A DNA stretch of 64,000 nt, taken from positions 2,418,001 through 2,482,000 of the forward strand of contig NEEC01000018.1 of assembly GCA_002189035.1 (NCBI GenBank), written 5' to 3'. Source of the DNA: Utricularia gibba (lineage: Eukaryota; Plantae; Magnoliophyta). The translations under genes were made by a program, and so were the position numbers. The notes beneath the pieces are model-generated. The model saw only the letters and a program-made list of their open reading frames with translations. It searched no databases and was not told the DNA's origin. Below, piece by piece: positions 36,498 to 48,789 of the stretch (position 1 is its first letter; each line of letters begins with the position of its first letter).

Positions 36498-39180
36498 TCC
36501 TCCTTTCCAAATGCGGCAAGAAGAAAAGTATTTGTAGCAGAGAGGAGAGAAGACGAGACGAGACGAGACGAGAGTTATATGATGGGAGTGGAGAAAAGAG
36601 GATTACGCGGTCGTCTTTGCAGTTGAGAAGGTGGTCAAAGAAACCGCCCAGGCTTTCCCTTGTAATCTGCGTGCTGCTGCTACGTAATGTAACACGTTAC
36701 CCTCGTCGCGAGGTGGTTTTGGTAACCGTCTTTTCTCACCAACGGAAACGGAACCCTCTTCTGCTAACATTAAAGGAAACCAACCGTCCCTTTTTACACC
36801 CGCAACTGCATCTGCATCTGCAACCGCAAGCGCAACCCTCCGATGGGATGTTGTGTTGGACCGGGCGGCGCGAGGAAACAATAATGGTGGCCTGGCCTGC
36901 CCCTATTATTACGAATTTGGAGCGCGACCAACGGTACCTTCAACGGCATTCAACCCTCTAGTCTAACTCTAACTCACTCCCTAGTCCCCCTTTTGCTATG
37001 TGGACTCCCTCCCTACTTGGAGTAGGAGTAGCCGAGTAGGTATTCAACTTCTCTCCCCTGTGTGTTCCAGTCAATCTGATAATACAAATTGGACTACAAA
37101 ATGAATAATGGACCCCACGTTCAGTTCTAATCCCTTTCAGTTGGGCTTCCAATGATTAAATTCTACAAACATCCGTCTGGTTCCCAGCCAGGCCCGCTCC
37201 CCCTCACTGTGAGCCGTCACATGCAAATTCCATTCCATCGTTGGGCTGCAATCTGCATGGTGTGTATTTGTTTGTTACTGATTTTTATTTTGATGGTCGC
37301 ACTGGCTCGCTGTGCGTTACTATTTTCTCTAGTCTGGCGACACCGCCTGCCACTGAATCATGAGAAAGAAAGGGGAAACCGGATCCATAACACGCAGGCG
37401 GCAGGACATGTTATCCAAACCTGCCAAATTCTCTTTGCCCCCCTTTTTCATTTTGGTAGTTTCCGTCATCATGTCATGCATGATGCATGGCATTGGTAAT
37501 CGTACAAAATGAGCAGTGTAGACTCGAGTGGAGAGGAAAAAAAATAAAAAAAAAGGCCACCATGCCCGCAGCTTATGTGTTTTTTTTTTTTTCCCCATTG
37601 GAGAGGAGGATGAATCATGATCCAGCTAGAACTGGGGGCATGATTCCAATGAAGGCACTAGGAATAATGATTGTAACAATAGGGCGTAGATGTTGATGGG
37701 CTTTGTATGAAACCCGTTGTGGCTCCTGGCAGTAAGTATCAACCATCCAGTCCCTCCCTCCTCCGCATGCTTATCTAATCTATGAATGTAATAGTGGAAG
37801 ACCAAGGTTGGCAGGGAGGGTAATGATGAATGGCGTATCTTGGGTGCCAACGGATCTTTCACTAATAATTGCAATTATTACATCATAATTACCAACGCGG
37901 GTCGCGTTCATCCATTCGTGGACTGGACTGGAGACAGACGATGAGATGTATCCATAGTTAGTCGGTGTTTGGCAGGCAGCACCGCACATTAATCCAGTGG
38001 ACTGTTTTGCACTCTACAAACTATGCTGCTGAATGGGCGTAATGCCTTTTATTCCAGTGAAGAGAAGAGAATAGAATTCTGGATTGGATGGAGGGAGTGT
38101 CACTCAGTGTATTTTGTTTTTATTGCACACACTTCTGCCACGCAAAATGTGACCAAAATCCTAAAAAATATTTGGCTAATGTGGACTCTCCGAAAATGAT
38201 AATAGATACTCAATAAATAAAACAAAAGAGAATCGATTAGGGGGCCGACCTCCCTTGGCTTCAACCAATCCTTTGCATCATTACGGATCTAGGCGGAGCG
38301 GAGCCGGCCGAGCCTACACCATGAGGAAATACCCATAATGCCCCTGGCGCCATCATTCACATGACGCCATCTCCTAAAAAGAAGTTGAAGCCAAGGGTGA
38401 TTTGATCATCACGATCAGAGTAAAATGGGACTTCCAAAACATCAATTCCCCCCTCCCACGCATGATTGATTACTACCGACTCCCCCTTCCCCCCTTGTCA
38501 TCTTTCTTCTCTTCCTCCCCTTTTGTCCCTCTGGCTATACATGTACTGCATCTAATGCATATGTATATGCATTTGCACATAACAGCAGCGTACATGTGCC
38601 TGTGTTCTGTGTGATGTTCCAGCTTTTTGCACTATATATACCAGCCACTCCCTCCCTGCCCTGCTGTGCCAGTTTCATCACATCGCACAGACACACACAC
38701 TCACTCGCAGGATTCTGGTTTACAACTTCCTCTGTTTCTCCGTGTTCCTTCTGTTTATTCGCCCGGTCGTCCTCTTCTTCTTGAAAAAGGTGATGGATCA
38801 TTTTTGGAAAATGGAGAGCCCCATGTTTTCTATCTGCATATTAGTTGCTTCTCTTCTTCCTTGTAAGATTGAATACGATAAGGCGGCATATGGGCCTGCC
38901 CTTTGCCTTACTACTAAATCCATGCGCTGGACTGGACGGGACTGGATGCTTGTTTTCTTTATCTTTTGAAATAGAGCTTGTTCTGAGTTCTCCAAAGAAA
39001 GAAGCTTCCATTCCGTTTCCCCTTATATATTATTTATGCCTTGTTCAGAATGCGCTTCTCTTTTTGTGTGTACCGATTTTGTTTTCCAATTTAGTCCTAT
39101 CCAACTTTAACTATCCCTCTCTAGTGAGAACACTGGGAATGGGATTGTGACTGTTGTTGGTCTCATTTGGCACTGCAGAT

Positions 39181-39381
39181 ATGGAGAAGCTCAACTCGAA
39201 GCTGTACTTGGAGAACTGCTACATCATGCAGGAGAATGAGAGGCTGAGGAAGAAGGCACAGATACTGAACCAGGAGAATCAGGCCCTCCTCAACGAACTC
39301 AAGCAGCGCCTCACCGCGGCCGGAAACCCCATCCCCGGCTCTTCCGCTGCCCCCAAGAAACCCACCAACAAGAACATCTGA
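39181..39381 (+). CDS. ZPR3: LITTLE ZIPPER microprotein (ZPR3/ZPR4 type)
   Basis: MEKLNSKLYLENCYIMQENERLRKKAQILNQENQALLNELKQRL leucine zipper; TATA at ~38633 and probable 5' UTR intron 38790-39178. Confidence 0.88.
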   Translation: MEKLNSKLYLENCYIMQENERLRKKAQILNQENQALLNELKQRLTAAGNPIPGSSAAPKKPTNKNI

Positions 39382-41246
39382 CGTTAGAGAAAAAAGGTGA
39401 AGCAGCAGCAGGAGGCTAGGTCCTGGGTGTACCAACCAGCAACTCTGCAATTATTTTCCGTTTGTTGTTACATTGCATAGGGCGGGCAGCCGGTTTTTGT
39501 TTCAAATACTAGTCGTTTGTTTTTGTGGTGTTGTCGGTAAAAAATATGCTCGAGGATGCAGTTGATCATCATCACTTGCTTACGACCAAGCTTTGTTCTT
39601 CTTCTCCGTTCCGTTCATGATGCGACGTGTTCAGAAGCTCTCTCGCATGCTTTTATGAATTTGTCCGTCCATTCCCATAACTCAGCTGGCTCCTCTCCTC
39701 TGCCCTAAGAAATGCAAATAGGTACAATACGAGCGCGTTAGGATACGGTGGTGCTCTTAACATCAAAACTGCATTGATGGATCATTTTTTAGCGTACCAC
39801 ACGGCAAATGGGAGGGGAAATCGAGTGGAAAGGGATGAAAGTCAATGGCGGTTGGTTTCTCCCTTGCTTCTTGGTTATTATGATTCGCAATTCATATCAT
39901 GTGACGGACATGACAACTTGGAATCACATCATTGACATTGAAAAAGGATACTCGATTGGTATTCCTCTATTTATGTTTGTATGGTATGCATGCTCCTGCT
40001 CTCTCCCAAGGCACCCATCATCCATCGTCTTTTCACTTTTAATTCGGCAGTGCTGCTGCTGCTGCAGTATTCAAACATGACAATGGGAATTGGGAATCCA
40101 TATTTCTTTCTCTGCCAGTGCCAAGCAAAGGTGAAATTATGGTATTGGTGGGCGAGCATTGGGAATGAATGACCGGCCTTTGCTCTCTGCCTGAAGATCG
40201 ATTTTGAGTAGCATGATTGCAACACGACATTCATCACATTAAGCACTACTTACCCCATTCCTATCCCATCTATCTCTCCTCTTGCTTCAGCAGATCTCCA
40301 GGGCATCAACACAGAATCTTGGCGTATCCTTTCTTTTCCTCCTCTCCTCAAGTCACAACACATGCCCGAGAATCATCATGGCACACAACTTGCCATACAG
40401 GCGACATGGCTGATCACTCCCATCTGTTGGCCTGGCAGAAGAGGACACAGGGAGGAAGGTTCCGTCTCCTTATCGATAGATAACAAGAACACCAACCCCA
40501 ACTTGACCATCATCCAGATATCCAAATCACTACAAGTTTCTGCCTTGCCCTGCCCTGCCCTGCCCCGCGACCGCCACCTCATATCTATCAGGTGTTACTT
40601 GTTAGAGACCGTTTCCCAAATTGCATCCCCCCAAAACGCTCAGAGATATAACAGTTCACAAATATGGGCTGTGATCCATCCGCACAAGTTTTTTCCCTGC
40701 TTTGCCCTGAACGTAGCCAGTTCTTTGTTTTTCTGGTTTCCAGGAAAACCCTACCCTGTTGACCGCTTTCCTACGGAACGGTGTTTTATTTAATTTCTTT
40801 CATTTTTTAATTATAGAAAATCTCTGGTTCGCTGTCACTGTTGCGTTGGCTAATTCGGCAGCTGAAATTACGGCTCGGCTCGGTTTCTGCAAGGTGTAAA
40901 CTGTAGCTCTTCTTCCCCGATTGTTTGAGCGACACCGTCATTGGCGTACCTTCATTTTGCCGTTGGTGTCAAGCATTGATTCGTGGAGTTCTAGTCCACT
41001 CGTTTCGAGTTTCATTTGGTTGTTCTTGCTACCATTCAATTGGGCTGCTCCTTTTTTTTTTTTTTTTTTTGGAATTGAAATGTTCGTGAAATGCGCATAT
41101 TTCTTCTTCCCCTGCTTTACTAATTCCTTCCTCTATTTTCTAATGCAGGCTCTTCTGGGGGAAAGAAGTTCTGTTTATGGTGATTTGCCTAATGTGCGGT
41201 GTCGTTTGTCTTGTATAATAAGTTTCAGACTGAAATTCCTTTGCCT

Positions 41247-43632
41247 ATGGCGCAGTTGATACTCCGTTGCTTTACGCATCTGGATGCTCGTCCGCCTGTA
41301 GGATTACCGGCAGTCCGGGCCAGACTGGAAGAGCGAAATGGTCTCTCTAGTTTGGGCCAAAAATGCTCTTCCAACCACAATGTCAGATGTTCATCAAGCC
41401 TACATACCTTCCATCATTTTCAGGATGACGATGAGCCTTTTTTGAACATGCACCCCGACGTATATAGGCTCAGAGGTGAGACAAACTCCGCAGTGGCCAA
41501 CCTTAAGCAGGCCACTTCAATTGGGAATGTGACTGAAATGTTGAGAGACTCTTCAATTTCGCGGAAGTCTAATGACGCCAAAATCAAGGTTGTTGGCGTT
41601 GGAGGTGGTGGCTCTAATGCTGTCAATCGCATGATTGAAAGCTCAATGAACGGAGTCGAATTTTGGATTGTTAACACCGATGTCCAAGCAATAAGAATGT
41701 CACCCGTTTTCCCTGAGAATCGGCTACAGATCGGTCAGAAGCTGACTAGAGGGCTTGGTGCAGGGGGAACCCGGATATTGGAAAGAATGCTGCTAATGAG
41801 AGCAGAGAGTCGATAGAGGAAGCTGTCCATGGAGCAGATATGGTGTTTGTAACTGTGAGGACTTTCTTGCATTAACCAAGTGATAGAAATGCCAATAAGT
41901 CGAATGGAAATTGTCACTTTTATCTTCAACTGGGGTTCTTTTGCATGGGCTATTGTTGTTCGTTATGATGTGCTATGCTTTCGTTCCCATGACTTTGATT
42001 TGCGGTGGTTTAGAATCATCTTTCTGCTGAGAACAAACTATTAGAAGATGTCCTACCATGCATCTGCTATTTCATGTTTGTATTATCATGCACAATGTGT
42101 AAATCATGTTATTCGCAGGCTGGCATGGGTGGAGGAACAGGGACAGGTGGAGCTCCAATAGTTGCAGGAGTTGCAAAGGCAATGGGTATTTTAACTGTTG
42201 GTGTGGTCACAACTCCATTTTCTTTTGAGGGGCGAAGACGAGCTGTTCAAGCCCAAGAAGGGATTGCTGCATTAAGGGAGAACGTTGACACTCTAATTAT
42301 TATTCCAAATGATAAACTGTTGACAGCAGTTTCCCCATCTACACCAGTCAGTGAAGCATTCAATCTTGCTGATGATATTCTTCGGCAAGGAATTCGTGGT
42401 ATATCTGATATAATTATGGTATAGTTCCTGACACAATGTAGGCTCTTCAGAGAGTGAGAGTGTCTGCCTATTCCATTGACTTTTTCGATGATTTTCTCTA
42501 TGGCACATAATTCTCGATAATATCCTTTGATTTGAAAAAATCATATTCTTCATGTGCATCTGAACTCTCGCTTGTTACCATGTTGAGTACTTCTTTGATT
42601 TGCTCGGAGTTATTGTTTTCAGAGCCTTATGGATCCTCTTATTGTGCATTGAGGCATGTGTGAGAACATTGTTTCGGTCATCTACAGATTCCAGGGCTAG
42701 TAAATGTGGATTTTGCTGATGTCCGGGCCATCATGGAAAATGCTGGTTCATCGTTGATGGGAATTGGCACAGCAACAGGTACTCTGAAATGGTCACCTTA
42801 CTTCACAGTGTTTTCCAATTGTTGGATATCTACCTTCATGGCTAGTTATCATCAAGTGTAGGAAGGGTCAATTCTGCAGCACTCATTTCCTAGTTTATTT
42901 TTGATCCCTTGATCACCACTCATTTCCTAGTTTATTTTTGTACTATAAAAAATATTACTTGGGTAAAATTCAGGAAAGAGCAGAGCCAGAGATGCAGCAC
43001 TTAATGCTATTCAATCTCCTTTACTGGATATTGGTATAGAGAGAGCCACTGGGATCGTGTGGAATATAACTGGTGGCCCTGATTTGACGTTGTTCGAGGT
43101 CATACATTCTGATCATGGAAGTTGCTATATTTTCACATATGCTGATGATTCATGCTGTTGTAATGAATGAATGAAAGTGGTAGCTTGCTTTTGGTCTTCT
43201 ACTACAGGTGAATGCCGCTGCGGAAGTCATATACGATCTTGTGGATCCAAATGCCAACTTGATATTTGGAGCTGTGATCGATCCGTCCTTGATTGGCCAA
43301 GTAAAAACTCCCAGCTTTCATATCCATATCTTAGTGTCGATCACCTTTCGTTAGTCTGTCTTTCCGTACTGATGCAGGTGAGTATAACACTAATTGCTAC
43401 TGGTTTTAAACGTCAAGAGGATGGTGAAGGACGTGCAACCCAGCAGGTACGGCTCCTCAATTTTTTTTTTTTTCTTTGTATGAATCCAAAGAACGAATAT
43501 ATGGGTACTCAGGGAGATGGAACACGAGGCGTGAACCAGCAGCCTTCCTCCCCGCAAGAAGGTGGTGGCGGTTCGATGGAGATACCCGAATTCCTGAGGA
43601 GAAAGGGACGCTCTCGCTATCCAAGAGCTTAA
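41247..43632 (+). CDS. FTSZ2: Plastid division protein FtsZ2 (7 exons); apparent -1 frameshift in G run 41763-41767
   Basis: [29 protein letters not shown] tubulin signature, PNDKLL, NVDFADV, FtsZ2-specific C-terminal peptide [17 protein letters not shown]. One added G restores GAGGNPDIG. Confidence 0.93.
42880..42940 (+). repeat. 24-bp direct repeat in an FtsZ2 intron
   Basis: cactcatttcctagtttatttttg occurs at ~42880 and ~42917. Confidence 0.8.
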
Positions 43633-44049
43633 GGACCATTAAATAGTAGTTACCAGTTCTCTCTCTCTTTGTATTAACTCCGTCAAAGGCACTGCACAAC
43701 GCAAACTCCCATCTTAAAGAAGCGGCATTGCATAAGTAATGGGCTGGCGTTCGTACTAGCCCGTCTAGTAATTCTGGCCCCTCAAACATGGGCCGACTGT
43801 GAGCCCCTAGAGTTTCCTTAGAAGATTTGCGGCACTGCACGAAACTCGCTGGCGTCCGGTGATGATCCCCTTTTCGGCGGCTTTGCTTCTCTCGCTGCGG
43901 TATGCCCAACGTTTCTTTCTTGTTTGATTCGAGACAAATATGTTCTTAGGAATCTGGCTGTCACTTGATTGCCAACTTATGTTTCTTTCTCTCTTTTTAA
44001 GTTTCTAGGCGTCCACTCCAAGTGCCTGGGAATTTCCCTTCAAGAAAGC

Positions 44050-44523
44050 ATGCGGAAAGCGGAGTTCTCTAGAGAAGAGGAGGTGTTCCAAGTCAGGAAG
44101 TTGGAAATCTCCGACAAGAACAAGGGTTTCGTTGACCTACTGCGACAACTGACTGTTTGTGACTCCATGTCGGATGAGCTATTCAAGGAACGATTTGATG
44201 ATATCGCTAGATATGGCGACGACCACCTCATCTGCGTCATTGAAGACACCAACTCCGGCAAGGTTGTTGCAACCGGTAGCATCCTTATTGAGAAGAAGTT
44301 TATAAGGAATTGTGGCAAAGTTGGTCACGTGGAAGATGTAGTTGTAGACACTGGTGCGAGAGGCAAGCATCTTGGAAAGAAAATCATCGAGTTTTTGTCG
44401 AATCATGCCAGAGAAATGGGTTGTTATAAGGTGATTCTTGACTGCAGCCTTGAAAATATGCCATTTTATGAGAAATGTGGTTTCCAGAAGAAGGAAGTTC
44501 AGATGGTGAGGTACTTTTCTTGA
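44050..44523 (+). CDS. GNA1: Glucosamine-6-phosphate N-acetyltransferase (GNAT)
   Basis: VRKLEISDKNKGF...IEKKFIRNCGKVGHVEDVVVD..ARGKHLGKK...GCYKVILDC. Confidence 0.93.
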   Translation: MRKAEFSREEEVFQVRKLEISDKNKGFVDLLRQLTVCDSMSDELFKERFDDIARYGDDHLICVIEDTNSGKVVATGSILIEKKFIRNCGKVGHVEDVVVDTGARGKHLGKKIIEFLSNHAREMGCYKVILDCSLENMPFYEKCGFQKKEVQMVRYFS

Positions 44524-44668
44524 ATAAACTTTTCCCACCTTTGAAATAATGTGTTGGTGAAGGAAAGAACTCGACCGTCAGGTTTAGAAAGACTTGCTTT
44601 TCATGATTCTTATTATGCTGATCAACAATTCTATGGGAGAAGAGACTTGAATACAAAGTTGTGTGGTC

Positions 44669-44890
44669 CTTATTCCTTGAAAATGAAGATTATCTTGCTT
44701 TTCCTTCACTGAAACCGACATCCGCTTTCTGGTTATTGCGTTGGCGTAGTAACACCTAACATATTGTCTACGGTTGTAGTTCTTATTCTTTGAAAATGAA
44801 GATGACCTTGCTTTTCCTACGCTTACAGTTATCCCCATTCTGGTGATTGCATTGGAGTAGTGTCACCTAACATATTGTCTACGGTTGTTG
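44669..44890. repeat. Two-copy tandem repeat, unit ~113 bp
   Basis: cttattc(c/t)ttgaaaatgaagat...cctaacatattgtctacggttgt starts at 44669 and again at 44782, between the convergent GNA1 and albumin 3' ends. Confidence 0.85.
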
Positions 44891-45076
44891 TTTAGTTCAG
44901 TTATAGTTTGATTATTCTTGAAGTATGAGCAAAAACTGGAGATGAAGAAGCTTTGTTCTTGCCATATTTATTTGAAAGAAAGGAAGAAGAGGTTGCAACC
45001 TCAGCTTCCAGCTTTATTCAAAGTGCATTCTTATTGAACCATCTCCTCGATGAAGAAGATGGCCGTTGGGACTCCC

Positions 45077-45532
45077 TCAGACGAGTACCATCTGCATGCG
45101 GCATTCTCTGGTTTGAAGATTGCATGCGCTGGGTAGCTCTCTGGCCCTTTCGTACACCTGCTCTGACTCCCAGGTTCGGCCTCGCCCCCGGTGCTGCTGC
45201 TGTTGAGCTTGGCGGGCGGCTTCTCTGATGGCCTCACACTGGCATTCCTCGTTAACATTTCGCAGCTCCTGGCAGCAGTTCATCATCTCTTCCTGCATTC
45301 CCTCCTGACCTCGCCTTATCAATTCAATGAAGCGCCCTCTCTGTGAGAGGTACCTTTCGCAGGAGTCGAATCGCATCCCCTCAATCTCCCGTCGGCAATG
45401 CTGCCCCCCTCTTCCCATGACGTCATCGAAAGAGTTTGTGGTTACCACGGTGGTGTACGTGGAGGCGGTGGTCACAGCCACCAGGAGAGCCATCCCTATC
45501 AAGAGACCCGCGGCTGCCTTGTTAGCGATCAT
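45077..45532 (-). CDS. 2S albumin seed storage protein precursor
   Basis: Signal peptide, TYTTVVTT propeptide, 8-Cys pattern C..C..CC..CxC..C..C, Gln/Arg/Glu rich; ATG at 45532 just downstream of a TATA box. Confidence 0.92.
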   Translation of the reverse strand: MIANKAAAGLLIGMALLVAVTTASTYTTVVTTNSFDDVMGRGGQHCRREIEGMRFDSCERYLSQRGRFIELIRRGQEGMQEEMMNCCQELRNVNEECQCEAIREAARQAQQQQHRGRGRTWESEQVYERARELPSACNLQTRECRMQMVLV

Positions 45533-45589
45533 TTCTGCTTCTGCTACTGGTGGGTGTGGTGGAGATAGAGTTGAAGAGTAGTGAGTGGT

Positions 45590-45700
45590 CTTTTTTATAG
45601 ACACTGCATGGGATTTACGTGTTGAGTGCAAGGAGATTAGGTGGACGGAAACACCTGAGAAATGCATTTCAGCCCTCCACATATACGCCTGCATGCATCC
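45590..45700 (-). promoter_or_regulatory. Seed-specific promoter: TATA, RY (CATGCA) elements, ACGT core
   Basis: TATAAAAA at 45599-45592, CATGCA at 45610-45605, TGCATGCA at 45690-45697, ACGTG at 45617-45621; RY plus ABRE is the established B3/bZIP seed module. Confidence 0.7.
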
Positions 45701-46061
45701 ACCCACTTTCCCTTCATCCCGGCCCCGGGGACGACATATGCACAAGGAAGGTGATACCTCCGAGGCTTCAAAATCCCAGTGAGTATGAATTGGATTGTTA
45801 AAGAAAATGAAACATTTTGAGCCGTTATAATTCACATTGCGGCCCATTGGATTGTTGATCCAGTGTTTCTGGGCTGGACAACTAGCATCTATTTTCCAAG
45901 GGCAAAAAAAGGAAAAACTCGAGTACGCAGGGGCAGGGCGCTCGAACTAGAAGCCAGCAACGGCATTACCTGTCCGATTTGGATCCACTTGAGTTTTAAG
46001 ATCGGAAGGTTAAATATGCTTCAACACCACCGCCCTCGTAGCACTCCTGATTAGGGACACC

Positions 46062-48125
46062 ATGTCTCGGATTTTTAACTCTTACCCTGCTTCAATTTTC
46101 CAGTTACCCTCAACACGCCGGCAATGGAAACGGACAGGGAGCGACCGGGTTTTCTTCGCGTCAACCAATGCTTCCGATTCGCTGCCTTCGATATCGCCAC
46201 CACCTAATTTCAGGGCTCCCGAACCGAAGCCCTTTTCCGTACGTCCAGATAAGATTCTGGACATCATTGGTTCTTCTCTTCCTTTGATTCTTAGACTTGG
46301 CACCGGTGCTCTCGTCTCCGGGTACCTGATTTTCTTTCTATTCACCCCCTTTTAGGATGCCGTGTGTTTCAACGCCCTTTTCATGAGCTTTTGATATATT
46401 GTTCTTTCACTTCTCATTGCAGATATTCCGTTCAGATAGTTCCAGCAAATGAGATTCCATCAGATCAGTATGCTACGGGGTTTGCTGGTAAGTTTTCGTG
46501 GTGTGTTTCTTTTGTAGTTACAAACGTGTTGCAGTGCCTTTTTGGCTTTCCCTTGTTACTGAAGAGCATTTACTGTTCTTGATTAAGAGTTTTTTTTTTT
46601 TACTCAGGTTTTAAGTTTAAGGAAACTTCCAAAATTGGATCTCGATCAGAGAAGCCAATTGAGATATACGAGTTCGAAGGGTACTACTACATATACTTCA
46701 GATCCTCGGTTTTCAAGTTCATGCTAATTGCTCTAATACGGAATTCTGGACTATTATTTAGAAATATTAGGCTGTTTTTTTCTCTGTTGCTTGAGTGTAA
46801 GCTTACATCACATTTTTCTTTTTATGTGCTGATTGGATGGAATGCCATGGGATTTATTCAGCTGCCCATTTTGTCGCAAGGTAAGCTTTGATACGTCGAT
46901 TTCTAGTGATGGGTGGAAGGTCTTTTACCGTGGAAAGTTGTAACTAAATGTAACAGGTTCGGGAAATTGTTGCTTTCTTGGATCTTGACGTGTTGTATTA
47001 TCCTTGTCCTAAAAATGGTCCAAACTTCCGTCCCAAGGTTCTTGAAATGGGTGGAAAACAGCAGTTCCCTTACATGGTTAGGCAGTTCATACCTCAATAC
47101 GCCATGTCTTCCAGTGGAGAAGTCACGCTCACCCTATCCTGTTCTTCGTTCGCTTTGCTGCCTTAGGTTGATCCAAACACAGGAGTTTCTATGTACGAGT
47201 CTGATGACATAATAAGATACTTGGCTGGCAAATATGGTATGCTGTTTCTTTGTGATTGAGACTTGTGGTTCAGCCTAGTTTTACCTGTCGGCATGGTGAT
47301 CTGATAACTTTGTCGTTGCTTGCTCTTGCCCCTAGTGATTTGATTTATTTTAATTGTTCAGGTGATGGTAATATCCCATTCATGTTATCTCTCGGCCTTC
47401 TAACCGTGAGTGTCGTCATCCTTCAAATATGATTGGATTCCTGTATCTTGGAGTATCTATGATGCTCATGATTTCCAATTTCCATTCCCACGTGCATTGT
47501 TTGGTAGACTTTGACAGCAGGTTTTGCGATGATCGGCCGAATGGGAAAGGTAATTTGTTCGTTCTCCCCATGTTCATCACTACTTTTCAGAAGTTCTCAT
47601 AATGTGCTGGGGAGTACTATTTCAGGGTTCTTCCTACACTTCATCAAAGTTGCCACCAAAACCCCTTGTGATTTGGGCATACGAGGTTACATACACTCTT
47701 CCTCGTGCTTGCTCAAACGGCATGTATGTGTTGATTGACTTGTGTTGTTGCGTGGAGTTCAGGCGTCGCCATTCTGCAAAGTTGTGAGAGAATCCCTCGT
47801 GGAGTTGGAAATTCCTCACATACTTCACAGGTAACTCAGACCCGATCGGCAACCCCATTCCGTTGAGTAATCATCTCAACTTTGCAATCCCTGCGTCTTC
47901 AGCTGCGCCCGTGGGAGTCCGAAGCGGCAAGTGCTGTACGAGAAAGTGGGACACTTTCAGGTACGCGGGCTTTATTTCGTTCATCACGGCTATAAGAGTG
48001 AGGAGAAGACCTATGAATCCATAAAATTTTCGCAGGTTCCTTTTCTGGACGATCCAAACACTGGAATTCAAATGTTTGAGAGTGCTGAAATTGTGGAGTA
48101 CTTGAAGGCAACCTATGCTGTATGA
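46062..48125 (+). CDS. Plastid-type protein with two GST-N/thioredoxin-like domains (GST2N family), 12 exons
   Basis: YEFEGCPFCRKVRE in domain 1; WAYEASPFCKVVRE in domain 2; each followed by (F)P(Y/F)xxDPNTG.xMxES. All exons splice in frame. Confidence 0.9.
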
Positions 48126-48789
48126 AGCGCCGTTGGTGGAGCATGTAACAGAATAAATGTATCTATCTGTTGGTGCATTCTATGGAAACACACACTACAC
48201 CGTCGCAAATCTCGATACCTGGGCTGCCACTAGTACTACTGCTACGACTACTACTTGCTACCAGGAAAGGAAAATAATGGGCCGTGGGGCATGGTGGTGG
48301 ATGACAATGTATTTATGGCGAGAACGATCTGTCGCCAGCCTTGTTTCAGCCCGCCCAAAACAAGCTTCTGTTTAGCCTGCACTGGCCATAAAAGGTAAAC
48401 CTGGATTACTATTACCTGGGCTGGCTTGGATGCGGTGGCGACTGCGCTCCTGCACCAGAATTTCATTCTCGTAAAACCTGGGCTGCCCAAAGCCACCCAA
48501 AACGTAATAAATTGACACAAGGAAGGGATTCAGATTCAGTTACGACGTGGCGGGCAATGAGTGGGGCATGACATTGAATAATTTAAAATACGGAGGACAC
48601 ACGTGGTTTGTAAATTGGAAGTAGCAAAACAGGAAAAAATTCATCCACCCCCAGCGCAGCGCAGCGCACCCCAGCCCCAGCCCCAATCAATGCTTCTTCC
48701 CTTTCCTTCGTAGCCTATCCATCAATCTGATCCCATCCCTTTTTCCGCCGAGAAGAGAAACTGCGTTGATTTTGGCGGTTCCCTCAATT

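Noticed and set aside
38594-38614. Met-Cys micro-ORF (MCLCSV) upstream of ZPR, recalling oxygen-sensing ZPR2
   Set aside because: Six codons, upstream of the TATA box and not spliceable into the ZPR frame.
45077-45847. 256-aa ORF as a long albumin precursor or one hiding a PawS-type cyclic peptide
   Set aside because: The extension crosses the TATA and RY promoter elements; the true start is 45532 and the propeptide is short and ordinary.
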